IMG/VR virus record: IMGVR_UViG_3300048837_000792
Span: 1-39,339 of that record
Strand: one strand, 5' to 3'
DNA from: a virus
Lineage: Duplodnaviria; Caudoviricetes
DNA: 39,339 nt
Positions 15,805-24,523 of this stretch are shown here, one piece after another; the first letter of the stretch is position 1; each line of letters opens with the position of its first letter. Under the pieces are notes generated by a model. It was not told where the DNA came from. It saw only the letters and a list, made by a program, of their open reading frames with translations, and ran no database searches. The position numbers and the translations under genes were made by a program.

Positions 15805-15833
15805 AGAATAGCACATGATACACAGCTTGTCAA
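15805..15833 (-). promoter_or_regulatory. early promoter
   Basis: TTGACA-N17-TATTCT with TGn. Confidence 0.7.
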
Positions 15834-16042
15834 TAGGCAATTTCAATATACAGTAATGTGAGCGTACCAGGTGGGGCAGCGCGTGCGTGGCGCGTGCGTG
15901 TTAGGTACTATAGGACTAGGGGGGGGAGGGGGGGGGAGGTGTGGTAAAAAAACAGTTGGGAGTCCCTATGGTACCAGAGCGGGGAGTAAAGGACGCGCCC
16001 TAAGCCAATCTAGGAACCATTTTTTTACAGATATTTACAAAT

Positions 16043-16086
16043 GTGTCATACAATTCATTGACAAATGAGGATAAGTGTCATACAAT
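16043..16086 (+). promoter_or_regulatory. promoter with two 12-bp operator-like repeats
   Basis: TTGACA (16058)-N17-TACAAT (16081); GTGTCATACAAT at 16043-16054 and 16075-16086. Confidence 0.7.
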
Positions 16087-16107
16087 AATATCTACTCGAG
16101 GAAATAT

Positions 16108-16162
16108 ATGAAAACCCTATGAAAACCCTATGAAAACCCTATGAAAACCCTATGAAAACCCT
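16108..16162 (+). repeat. 5 x 11-bp tandem repeat ATGAAAACCCT
   Basis: Exact copies at 16108, 16119, 16130, 16141 and 16152. Confidence 0.95.
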
Positions 16163-16514
16163 ATCTATTAGAGAAGTACAAAGAGAACTAGGCAGTATTA
16201 AGCTGTCTGATCTGCCTGTACTTATAAAGAAGTATAAAGATTACTTTTGCGTGATGCTATCTTTCGAGGAGTATGAGAAGCTGCTTGAAGCCTCTGAATA
16301 TCAGCCGCTTGTCTTATATGAAGAGAATCAACAGCTCAGGCGTTGGTTTGAAGAGAACAGGGGCAAGGAAGTAAGAATACCCAGGGTTGAGGATGTCTTT
16401 GCATGGTATGAGGGCGACGGCGCTGGTGGTCCCCCGAAAACTGAATCTAAAGCACTCACTGATTTCAAAAAGCAAATGGAAGAGAAGTTTGGTGTTAAGA
16501 CTACCTTGACCTAG
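16152..16514 (+). CDS. Phd/YefM-like DNA-binding (antitoxin-fold) protein
   Basis: N-terminus MKTLSIREVQREL...LPVLIKKY....VMLSFEEYEKLL resembles the prevent-host-death family; no adjacent toxin. Confidence 0.55.
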   Translation: MKTLSIREVQRELGSIKLSDLPVLIKKYKDYFCVMLSFEEYEKLLEASEYQPLVLYEENQQLRRWFEENRGKEVRIPRVEDVFAWYEGDGAGGPPKTESKALTDFKKQMEEKFGVKTTLT

Positions 16515-16680
16515 GAGCTGGACCAGGAGTGGGATAGTCGGTGGTTCTTAGAGACTTGACGGCTTCGTACTGACCGTCGGGTGCTTCGAACATAGCCTTG
16601 ACGACTACTATTGCTCCCACCAGGATCAGGAACAACCCCAGGAAAAACACCAGTCCTTTTATATTGGTTGGGTTGTTCAT
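16501..16680 (-). CDS. small single-TM protein (59 aa)
   Basis: Hand translation MNNPTNIKGLVFFLGLFLILVGAIVVVKAMF...; AGGGG RBS. Confidence 0.55.
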   Translation of the reverse strand: MNNPTNIKGLVFFLGLFLILVGAIVVVKAMFEAPDGQYEAVKSLRTTDYPTPGPAPRSR

Positions 16681-16692
16681 ATCTTTTCCCCT

Positions 16693-16851
16693 TTACAGGT
16701 TTCCCAGCTCTCGCTCGTCCACCCTTACTAGCCGCCCGATCTTTACTGCCTTGATCTTACCCTGCTTGATATAGCGATGTACGGTAATCTCAGAGCATTG
16801 CAGCCTGGCAGCCACCTGCTTCTTGGTTAGTAATACTATTTTGTTTTTCAT
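16693..16851 (-). CDS. excisionase-like / HTH_17 DNA-binding protein
   Basis: LLT.KQVA.RL..S..TV.RYI..GKI.A.KIGR.VRV...EL; real start is probably the ATG at 16851, leaderless behind TTGACA-N18-TATGAT. Confidence 0.8.
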   Translation of the reverse strand: MKNKIVLLTKKQVAARLQCSEITVHRYIKQGKIKAVKIGRLVRVDERELGNL

Positions 16852-16857
16852 ACTTGT

Positions 16858-16923
16858 ATCATAACCTATCACCCCTGCCCCTGTCAAGCACAACTTGTCA
16901 AGAGCTATCATGTATTATATAAT
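16858..16923. promoter_or_regulatory. back-to-back divergent promoters
   Basis: Minus: TTGACA (16887-16882)-N18-TATGAT. Plus: TTGTCA (16895)-N17-TATAAT (16918). Each -10 is 6 nt from an ATG. Confidence 0.65.
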
Positions 16924-16929
16924 TTTGAT

Positions 16930-17634
16930 ATGCTAAGCGTTGTCATCCCAGTGCACAATTCCCTGCCTACTCTGAAGACCACTATTCAGTCGGTTCTGGA
17001 TAATACCAAGAGACTAAAGGAGTTGATTATAGTTGACGACTTTTCCAACGGGGTGACGAAGGATTGGATTGGAAACCTGAATCTGGATCACACCCTAGGC
17101 ATCACCCTGATTAAAGCAAGTCTCCCCAAGCACTCCTGGACCAATAAAGCCTGGAATACTGGAGTAGCCCTAGCTAGTCAGCCATATATTGCCGTGCTTA
17201 ATTCAGACATTACTCTTTCGAAAGATTGGGATATACCATTGATTGACGCGCTTTATGGGTACACAATTGCTTGCCCCTCTCTGCCAGACTGTTCTATCGC
17301 GCCCTTTATGAAAGAGATTGACCCGAGGATGATCCAGGGCTGCGCCTTTATGTTTGAAAAAGAAGATCGAGATATTCTGTTTCCAATACCAGAGGAACTT
17401 GTTCACTGGCATGGAGATCGGCTACTTGCTGATCGCGCCAACGCCATGAACGGAGTGTGTATCTCTTCTCTAGCAATCGTTACACACGAACCATCGAGTT
17501 CAGCCAAACTACTCAAGCCCTTTGAATACTACAAGACTGTACTTGAGGACTGTTATGCCTACGAGAAAATGACTGGTAAAGACGAATCTATCGTTAAAGA
17601 CATTATTTGGGAAAATATTAAGAATCTTACTTGA
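16930..17634 (+). CDS. glycosyltransferase family 2
   Basis: MLSVVIPVHN, ELIIVDDFS, AWNTGV, LNSDI, GCAFM, WHGD. Confidence 0.9.
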   Translation: MLSVVIPVHNSLPTLKTTIQSVLDNTKRLKELIIVDDFSNGVTKDWIGNLNLDHTLGITLIKASLPKHSWTNKAWNTGVALASQPYIAVLNSDITLSKDWDIPLIDALYGYTIACPSLPDCSIAPFMKEIDPRMIQGCAFMFEKEDRDILFPIPEELVHWHGDRLLADRANAMNGVCISSLAIVTHEPSSSAKLLKPFEYYKTVLEDCYAYEKMTGKDESIVKDIIWENIKNLT

Positions 17635-17658
17635 GGGCGACCCTCTCAGATCGTTATT

Positions 17659-18339
17659 TTAGGCTTTTTTCACACCAGCGTGATATGAAGTACCTGCTCG
17701 GTTGGTTGGTTTGTCATTGCCGATATGCCTGCAAGCACCTTCTTTGAGCCAGAGTGTTTTTAGACGGGATTTTTCCACTAGCTCCCCTAGCTCTGTTTCG
17801 TTTCTACCTTCAAATTTGACCAGACTCCCTAGCCCTGTTTTTCTAAGATGCGGATTGAATGAGAACAAGTGGTTGGTACACAGGTCAGCTTTATCATTAT
17901 AAGGAACGGTTTGGGTGGCACTTCCATCATCTCTGTGGCGAACTCTTACCTGGGCAACTTTATCATCAATTACCTCAAAGCAATCTTCTATAAAGCCAGG
18001 TCGGTCAAACTCCCAATCATCTTCTAGGTGAAACACATAGGGAGTCTTGACATACTTCATCATAAAGTCGATTGATCTAGCCTGTCCCATCTGCTCTAGC
18101 TTCATTAGTCTCCAGGGGTACGGAAGCTTCATCAGGTGAATCATATCAAAGGTTTGCATCCAGACATCTTCAAGTCCAGAGTCGTCTCTGATATAAAACA
18201 TCTTGATTGGGTAATCATTAAACTTGGCGAAGCTCTCAAGCGTTCTTTTAAGCAGGTCGATCCTGTCGCAAGCCGTCAGAACTACTGTCAATGCTTTCTC
18301 TGGACTGTAATCGCCTTTATATAAACTGTGTTTTCTCAT
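17659..18339 (-). CDS. glycosyltransferase (GT-A fold, GT2-like)
   Basis: TVVLTACDR.DLL..TL.SF, RDDS, YVFHLEDDW, FSFNP, RHIG. Confidence 0.85.
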   Translation of the reverse strand: MRKHSLYKGDYSPEKALTVVLTACDRIDLLKRTLESFAKFNDYPIKMFYIRDDSGLEDVWMQTFDMIHLMKLPYPWRLMKLEQMGQARSIDFMMKYVKTPYVFHLEDDWEFDRPGFIEDCFEVIDDKVAQVRVRHRDDGSATQTVPYNDKADLCTNHLFSFNPHLRKTGLGSLVKFEGRNETELGELVEKSRLKTLWLKEGACRHIGNDKPTNRAGTSYHAGVKKA

Positions 18340-18989
18340 AATCTTTCATTCATTGATCCGTTACTGTGGGCGCAGACAACGGTTTCACCTTTATACTTCC
18401 AAACTCCATCTTCTTTTGTAACTTCTGGGTTGTGGATGTTAGCGTGCAAGCTGAGGAACAAATCCAGTCCTTCGTACCTGGTTAAATCAGGTCGGCTGTA
18501 AATGAATGAGTTGAAGTAGCACTGACAGAGGTTGTCGAATATACCTATCTTCTGTTGATAATCTAACAGCTCATACAGGGTTTTGACCTTCATAGCCCAA
18601 GTACCAGAGCAGTAAATCGGCTTATCAAGCAAGTCTTCAAATTCAGGGTGTTTATTGATGTAGGGCTCCCACCAACTGCCTCGGTGGATCACATTCTCGG
18701 CAGCCAAGTAGAGATCAAACTCACCTAGTTCGGGCAGCTCTTTTTGAAAGATCACATCATCGGTGTCGGTGAAAACTACATATCTCTCTGGGTCAAGATT
18801 TCGTGGGACATACGCATACTTCTGGATATGTCCAGGGTAGGCTATGCCATGCTTGATGAACGACGGAAATCCAGGGGTGATTGGTTGAAACTGAACTGCT
18901 ATATGTTCTACATCTATGTTGTCTAGGGATTCTAAAAACCTCGGTGCTCCAGGAGTAAACGAACTAATGGACAGCAAGTATGGTTTCAT
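18336..18989 (-). CDS. putative glycosyltransferase (GT-A, DxD motif)
   Basis: YVVFTDTDDVIFQ, AAE, CSGTW, CQ..FN, AHSNG. Confidence 0.7.
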   Translation of the reverse strand: MKPYLLSISSFTPGAPRFLESLDNIDVEHIAVQFQPITPGFPSFIKHGIAYPGHIQKYAYVPRNLDPERYVVFTDTDDVIFQKELPELGEFDLYLAAENVIHRGSWWEPYINKHPEFEDLLDKPIYCSGTWAMKVKTLYELLDYQQKIGIFDNLCQCYFNSFIYSRPDLTRYEGLDLFLSLHANIHNPEVTKEDGVWKYKGETVVCAHSNGSMNERL

Positions 18990-19026
18990 TGTATAATCAT
19001 ATCATAACTTATCAGCGAAACGCAAT

Positions 19027-19782
19027 ATGGGCAAATGGCAGAGAACAGGATTAACAGAGGGGACCCTCATATACAACAACTGGTTGAAGAACTATCACCC
19101 AGAGTTTTATAGACAGGATTGTGAAGATGAATTTATAAACTGGCTGTACTCTTTCTCTGGCTGGTATGACAAAGACATCTCTGGCAATTTCTTTGATATA
19201 GGCGTTGAGGCGGTCAAGAAATCTCATGTTTACCAGAAGTTTCTGTATCACTTCGAGAGGTCTCTTTTTGACTCCCAGCTTATTCACATCATGCTTCATT
19301 CGAAATTTCATCTCTCTGGGCTTCATTTGTTTAACGACTACATAAAGCACCTGGGCAAATCTCCAGACGAAAACTTCGGCTACTGGAGCAATGTAGACTA
19401 CATGAAGAAGTTCATCAGGAACAAAAGAATATTTATCATCAATGCTTTTTCTCCTCTCATTAAACAGAAATATGGGGTCGATGGCTACAGGACTCCGCTA
19501 ACATTCTTTAACGACGGACCGCACCAAAACTCATTCGAAACCCTAGACTTTATTGTTGAAAAGATTCCCAAGCACTACGACTTGTATCTGGTTTCAGCAG
19601 GACCCTATGGATGCTTTATTGTGGAAGAGCTGTGGAAGAAAGGCTTTGAAGCAATGACCGTTGGTTCTGGTTTGCACAACATCTTTCCCCTCGAACACAT
19701 ACCAGAGGAGTACAAGCCAAAGGACTATAAAAAGATTGAGGACGGTAGATACTGGAATCTCCCTAGTACAAACAATAAATGA
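19027..19782 (+). CDS. putative glycosyltransferase (GT-D-like fold)
   Basis: R.G.TE near the N-terminus, SGWY, NKRIFII..F, DLYLVSAGPYG, A..VGSG. Confidence 0.55.
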   Translation: MGKWQRTGLTEGTLIYNNWLKNYHPEFYRQDCEDEFINWLYSFSGWYDKDISGNFFDIGVEAVKKSHVYQKFLYHFERSLFDSQLIHIMLHSKFHLSGLHLFNDYIKHLGKSPDENFGYWSNVDYMKKFIRNKRIFIINAFSPLIKQKYGVDGYRTPLTFFNDGPHQNSFETLDFIVEKIPKHYDLYLVSAGPYGCFIVEELWKKGFEAMTVGSGLHNIFPLEHIPEEYKPKDYKKIEDGRYWNLPSTNNK

Positions 19783-19800
19783 TACCCTTATACTGTAGGT

Positions 19801-20511
19801 ATGTTAGAAAAACTCTTGAAGAAACCTTTTCAAAACCTGGGTCAAAATATGCAGCGTGGTCGCGGGATTAGCTTCTCAGAGCCAGAAGTAGAGGAACTGC
19901 CTCCTAGACTCAGTGAAGCGCAGTTGTCTTTTCTAAGGAAAAATCCTGGCGCTACAATGATTGACTTGGGTGGCTCAAGAAAGCCGTCTGCTTCAAAACA
20001 AGCACCAGTTCCAACGCCATCTCCAACACCAGCGCCAACTCAAGAGTCATATCGTCACCCAATCTACGACCAACCAATCACTCCGCAGCCAGGAGGTGTT
20101 AGGCTAGACGAGTTGCTTTCAGCAACCGCTCAAGCTTCTCAAAACCACGGAGTTCCTCAGGATCTTTTAATGGATATTCCAGCAATAGAATCTAGCGGCG
20201 GTCAATTCCCCTACCAGTTAAGCGGGGGTCCTGGCAGGGGTCCGTATCAGTTCGAGGTAGATGGTCAAGGGAGACTGGCTCCAGACCTGCAAGCAAGAGT
20301 TGGGAATGATTTTGATGTTTTTTCAGCAACAGACTCGGCAGACCTGGCGGGACAACTAATTGCAGAACAGCAACTATCTAGGTGGGGAAAGCCTGGTGGC
20401 ACATGGGGGTCGCTTGATGCTTTGATTAGAAGACCAGATGAAAGACTCACTACTTACTACGATCCAAAGACCGAACTAAACCCGTACCTGCCAGAACAAT
20501 TTAGGTTCTAG
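19801..20511 (+). CDS. lytic transglycosylase / lysozyme-fold protein
   Basis: A..HGVP..LL..I..IESSGG...GRGPYQF (catalytic Glu and G..Q motif) after a Pro/Thr linker. Confidence 0.7.
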   Translation: MLEKLLKKPFQNLGQNMQRGRGISFSEPEVEELPPRLSEAQLSFLRKNPGATMIDLGGSRKPSASKQAPVPTPSPTPAPTQESYRHPIYDQPITPQPGGVRLDELLSATAQASQNHGVPQDLLMDIPAIESSGGQFPYQLSGGPGRGPYQFEVDGQGRLAPDLQARVGNDFDVFSATDSADLAGQLIAEQQLSRWGKPGGTWGSLDALIRRPDERLTTYYDPKTELNPYLPEQFRF

Positions 20512-20794
20512 GAACAGCTCGACCATCAACAATTTTCCATTGCAACGGACTAAGTTGAGTAATAAATCCACACTCTCTGCATTGTAGGTTTCCCATTTTG
20601 TGTTCCACTGGACCGAAGATGTGTTTCTCAAAAGCACAAATAAATGGCTTTGGTGGTACATCCACATACATCACTTTTTCAGTGACATTCATTTTCTCTA
20701 TACCCTCTGGGGTCCTGACATCAATGGTTTTTTGTTCTTCGGTGAACTCGTTCAGTTTGAATGGGACATCGAAGCCGTCGCTAGTTTTTGTCAT
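20501..20794 (-). CDS. small Zn-binding hypothetical protein
   Basis: C...H.F...CRECG motif; GAGGAG RBS. Confidence 0.65.
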   Translation of the reverse strand: MTKTSDGFDVPFKLNEFTEEQKTIDVRTPEGIEKMNVTEKVMYVDVPPKPFICAFEKHIFGPVEHKMGNLQCRECGFITQLSPLQWKIVDGRAVPRT

Positions 20795-21209
20795 CTAGCT
20801 CCTCTACTATTTCGACATCTTCATTCTCAATGGCTTTCTCCAGAGCATCTCTGACTCTCAGGTCTTCCTCCAGTTTAACGATTACACTCTTGAAAGCTTG
20901 ATATTTGCTTTGTAGATCTTGAAGTTGTTCCTGCTTGGTGTGGATGAAAACAGACTTAATTCCGTCAATCATACCCTCATCCCTGCGCTCTCTGAGGGAA
21001 ATATTTAATATCTGTTCCTCAGCGTCCCTGAGTATGCCCTGCAGATATTCTAGGTGCGGCTTGCCTTCTGGCTTCTCAAGAATGATCTCGGCAATAGCGC
21101 CGTCTCTTTGAATTTTGTCGGCTTCAGCCCTACTAACTTGCTTAGTCCTCTTTTTTATTAGACTGAGTAGCTTGTCTTTCCTAGTAATTAGCATCTTTTG
21201 GAGTACCAT
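20781..21209 (-). CDS. coiled-coil hypothetical protein (portal operon)
   Basis: Coupled ORF; the start may be at 21194. Confidence 0.6.
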   Translation of the reverse strand: MVLQKMLITRKDKLLSLIKKRTKQVSRAEADKIQRDGAIAEIILEKPEGKPHLEYLQGILRDAEEQILNISLRERRDEGMIDGIKSVFIHTKQEQLQDLQSKYQAFKSVIVKLEEDLRVRDALEKAIENEDVEIVEELDDKN

Positions 21210-22125
21210 AAGTTAGCGCTGCCCTATTAGTAAATGCTTCAGTATATGATAGCACACCAGGGTTGTTGTACTCGGTTGCATGCCTGAACTCAGAGTTACC
21301 GACAATGCGCATGATAGACCACCCTCCCATTCTGTTTTCAAAACCAAGATATGTTGTTGAACCACTCTCTTCTATGTCGACCATCTGGAAGTCAAGCTCG
21401 GAGAGCATGATATAACCACTATCATCAACGAGCGCCCTGGTTGGGGTTCCATCTTGACGAACATATGAGAGGGTACCACCACCACTCATACTCATCGACA
21501 TTTCTTCCATTGCCTTGTAAAAGGCTTTGCCATCGGTTAGACGAACAGGGATATACTCTTTTGGATCCTTGTGGAATATCTCATCAGACAATTCTTTAGC
21601 AGTCATCTGCTCCGGAAACTCTGGGAACTCTATTTTGGGAAAGACAACCTTCTCTTGATTGACCGTTATAGGGGTCGGTTCAACCTTTATCTGTGGTTTG
21701 AAATCAACCTTCTTAAACTCGCCCGCTAGTTTATCCAACTTAACTCCCAGCATCTTCAGCTCTTTGGTCGGATGGTTGCTAACACTTACGCTCTCAGTGG
21801 GGTTTTTAACCGTTACGTCAATCTTCTTGGGGAACTCGGGGTATTTGGGAAACTTGGGAAAGTTGGTTACTGAAACTGCCTTAGTTGGCTTGATAGATCG
21901 AACAGCATTATCAACCTTTTTAAGCCACTCCTCAACACTACTAAGGGCACTCTCAACCTTGCTTTGATCGACCTCAACCCTACCACTAATACGCTGTACC
22001 TCGGGGAAGTTCTTAACCTCACTTTGAAAGACGGTCTTCCGTAGCACTTTGGTCTGGGAAATAGTAGTATCTTGAATTGTTTTGATAATGTTAGAAACAA
22101 TCTCCGATATAATTTTGAAGGTCAT
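21181..22125 (-). CDS. hypothetical, probably virion-associated protein
   Basis: Directly downstream of portal; V.V.N.P repeats; C-terminal TTYLGF....G.W.I.R motif. Confidence 0.7.
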   Translation of the reverse strand: MTFKIISEIVSNIIKTIQDTTISQTKVLRKTVFQSEVKNFPEVQRISGRVEVDQSKVESALSSVEEWLKKVDNAVRSIKPTKAVSVTNFPKFPKYPEFPKKIDVTVKNPTESVSVSNHPTKELKMLGVKLDKLAGEFKKVDFKPQIKVEPTPITVNQEKVVFPKIEFPEFPEQMTAKELSDEIFHKDPKEYIPVRLTDGKAFYKAMEEMSMSMSGGGTLSYVRQDGTPTRALVDDSGYIMLSELDFQMVDIEESGSTTYLGFENRMGGWSIMRIVGNSEFRHATEYNNPGVLSYTEAFTNRAALTYGTPKDANY

Positions 22126-22132
22126 GTGTTTC

Positions 22133-24145
22133 CTAAACTATAGTATCGAGATTATAACCCTGTCCCTCGACTCCTGCTTGGTCTGGTCCCATTTGTTCGC
22201 CACCTCCGCCCATCATGGCTTGCTCTAGTCCACCGGCTCCCATACCACCGGGGATCTGTGGTTGGCTCATTGCTTGGATTTCTTGTTCAGACTGAATGTA
22301 CTTGAGGTGTTTCTCGACATACTTCTCAAAGAGTTGGGCTATTGACTCATCCACCAGTATTTCGTCAAAGTGTACCGATACCATTTGGATGAGTTCCATG
22401 TGTGGGTCGCGGACTTTGATCTCTGGCATTTGACCGCGCTCGAGCATCATAATGTCTCGCTTGCCTTTTTCGTCAACCGATACCACGATACCCGAGACGT
22501 TTTCCATTTCAGGGGTATTGTGTACCAGTGCCTCTGCAATTGGTGCCATATCAATTTGAAGCGCTCCCTGAGATTGGTTGCTCATATTCTGAAGGATCAT
22601 TGATGTGTTCTGGATACTCGCTTGTTTACTAGCAGGGGTCTGCTTTTTGAGCATTTCCTGGTTCACACTGACGTTGAAGTTTGCGGACACTTGCTCTGGA
22701 GCAATCTTCACCAGCTCACTTAGTCCCATTTTACCAGTAACATTAAAGGTCTGCTCCTCAGTGACATACTGAGCGTTTAGCTCCATGAAGTCCTCGGCAA
22801 TAACCTTAACTACCTGTTCGCTCAAGTTGTCTCGAACCATCTGCACGTTGGTGTCGATATTCTGGTCAAGGATTTGGGCTCCTCTGGCAGTTTGGTTTAC
22901 CTGCTGGTTGCCGGCTCCAGATGCGTAAAGACTGGAGATACCAGAGCCTTTTTCAATTCTTTGTCCAACCTCTTGAGCCATATTCATTGTTGAGCGACTG
23001 TTATCAACCACTCTGATTGGCTGAATTTGAGTTGGATCGCCCACCACACGGATGATTCCATCTGGTCTAGTTCTAAACATCCAGTCTGGGGTCTGAGCGC
23101 TTGGTGTACCAGCAATCCACATCTGGAAGGTTCCTTGTCTAATGTTGGTGAGTCCTAGGTTTAATAGTTCGCTGGCAGCAATTTGTAGGTCAGCAAACAC
23201 GTCTACGAGCGCTTGTGGGTAGAAGGTATCATCCTCTGGGAACGGAGAGAAATCTGCATCCGGGTAATGTCCGTGCCAGTATTTGTTGGTCGTGTCTTTA
23301 TTGATGATTTTTCTCGAAACGCCATTGCCACCGCCCTCAAAAGGGAGGTAGTAGACATCACCGTCCTGGGTGTGCATACAGAGCATGGCTACGTTGGCTG
23401 ATTTAAGCGCCATTTCCTCTTTGCTAATTTCGCTTTCGTCTGGGAAGTCCATCTGGTAGTCGAGGATCTTTTTATCGACACCCTTTTTCTTTAAGTCTTT
23501 AAGCCACTTCTCATCCCAGTACGCCTCAAGCCCTTGCTCGAGCAGGGCTTCATTTTCTTCCATCATTTCACCAACGGTTTTGTTGACGTGCTTGAGGTAG
23601 TATGGTTGATCTCTGAGCCGGGGAATATTTTGGTTTGGAACAAAGACATCCTCAAACCTGGTGAACGAAGCCGTAGCTCTGTTGACCATATTTCTCATTA
23701 TCTTGTTACGGACAACCTCTCCATCCTCGCCCTTTTCGTTGATCTCTACCGCTGGCTCGTAGAGCCAGCTGGTGTTGAAGAATGCTTTGCCATTAATAAA
23801 GCCGGAGTACAGGAGCCTGACATAGAACATGGTCATCTGGAGTTCTCTGAGCTCCCAGTTGGTAAACTTCTGGTTGACTTCTTTTGACTCGTACATAAAC
23901 TCATTGGTTGGGTCTAAGAAGACCTCTGTGTGAGCGGGGTTACATCTACTAATGTAATTGCGAACCACCATAAAGGTATAGGGATCAGACAGCGCGTAGT
24001 CGGTTTCATCGAGTTCTGGATAGTATTCCTGGTTGTACAGGGCTCTATTAAGCTGTTTTTGCTCAATAATAGGATCGGTAAACTCCCTGATCTTTTGGTA
24101 CCTTCGGTCAATGATTTCGGCTATCTTGGAATTAGTCATACTCAT
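22133..24145 (-). CDS. portal protein (P22-like)
   Basis: 670 aa near TerL; G.AF...W, EDVFVP, PF..D..FY...LV....D.Q, PDGII, SGIS, TARGAQIL; Gln/Gly/Met-rich tail. Confidence 0.8.
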   Translation of the reverse strand: MSMTNSKIAEIIDRRYQKIREFTDPIIEQKQLNRALYNQEYYPELDETDYALSDPYTFMVVRNYISRCNPAHTEVFLDPTNEFMYESKEVNQKFTNWELRELQMTMFYVRLLYSGFINGKAFFNTSWLYEPAVEINEKGEDGEVVRNKIMRNMVNRATASFTRFEDVFVPNQNIPRLRDQPYYLKHVNKTVGEMMEENEALLEQGLEAYWDEKWLKDLKKKGVDKKILDYQMDFPDESEISKEEMALKSANVAMLCMHTQDGDVYYLPFEGGGNGVSRKIINKDTTNKYWHGHYPDADFSPFPEDDTFYPQALVDVFADLQIAASELLNLGLTNIRQGTFQMWIAGTPSAQTPDWMFRTRPDGIIRVVGDPTQIQPIRVVDNSRSTMNMAQEVGQRIEKGSGISSLYASGAGNQQVNQTARGAQILDQNIDTNVQMVRDNLSEQVVKVIAEDFMELNAQYVTEEQTFNVTGKMGLSELVKIAPEQVSANFNVSVNQEMLKKQTPASKQASIQNTSMILQNMSNQSQGALQIDMAPIAEALVHNTPEMENVSGIVVSVDEKGKRDIMMLERGQMPEIKVRDPHMELIQMVSVHFDEILVDESIAQLFEKYVEKHLKYIQSEQEIQAMSQPQIPGGMGAGGLEQAMMGGGGEQMGPDQAGVEGQGYNLDTIV

Positions 24146-24160
24146 ATTCTGATCTAAAAA

Positions 24161-24523
24161 CTATCTAATAGTAGTGTTTGGCATCTGTTCTACCTTATGC
24201 CTGATACTTCTGAGCACAGACATATAGTGTACCCTGTGTATTCCCAGTGCTTTTGCAAAAGATCCGTGGTCTATTTCATACCCAAACTCTCTGCACAGTT
24301 GAATCAAAAACACCATTTTTTCTCTATCAGTCAGGTTGTAGAGAATGTCTAGCAAGGTATAGGCACCAGTGGTCTTATCTATCAGTCCTTCGACCTCGCT
24401 GCCGTTGTCCCCCACATCAAAAGTAAATTCGCCATCCTCCTGCTCTGTTTCCAGCGATGTAAAGCTATATGCTGTTGGCACATAGACTAATGGGTTTTTT
24501 TTGGCATATTTTCTTTTCGACAT
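24161..24523 (-). CDS. stand-alone sigma70 region-4-like HTH protein (candidate late activator)
   Basis: L..LTDREKMVF......GY......AKALGI.R..Y...L..IR.K. Confidence 0.6.
   Translation of the reverse strand: MSKRKYAKKNPLVYVPTAYSFTSLETEQEDGEFTFDVGDNGSEVEGLIDKTTGAYTLLDILYNLTDREKMVFLIQLCREFGYEIDHGSFAKALGIHRVHYMSVLRSIRHKVEQMPNTTIR

Noticed and set aside
15871-16068. 65-aa Gly-rich ORF
   Set aside because: Arises from the G-tract, has no RBS and runs into the downstream promoter.
16693-16851. Excisionase as evidence of lysogeny
   Set aside because: HTH_17 proteins are often plain regulators; no integrase or att site is visible in the window.
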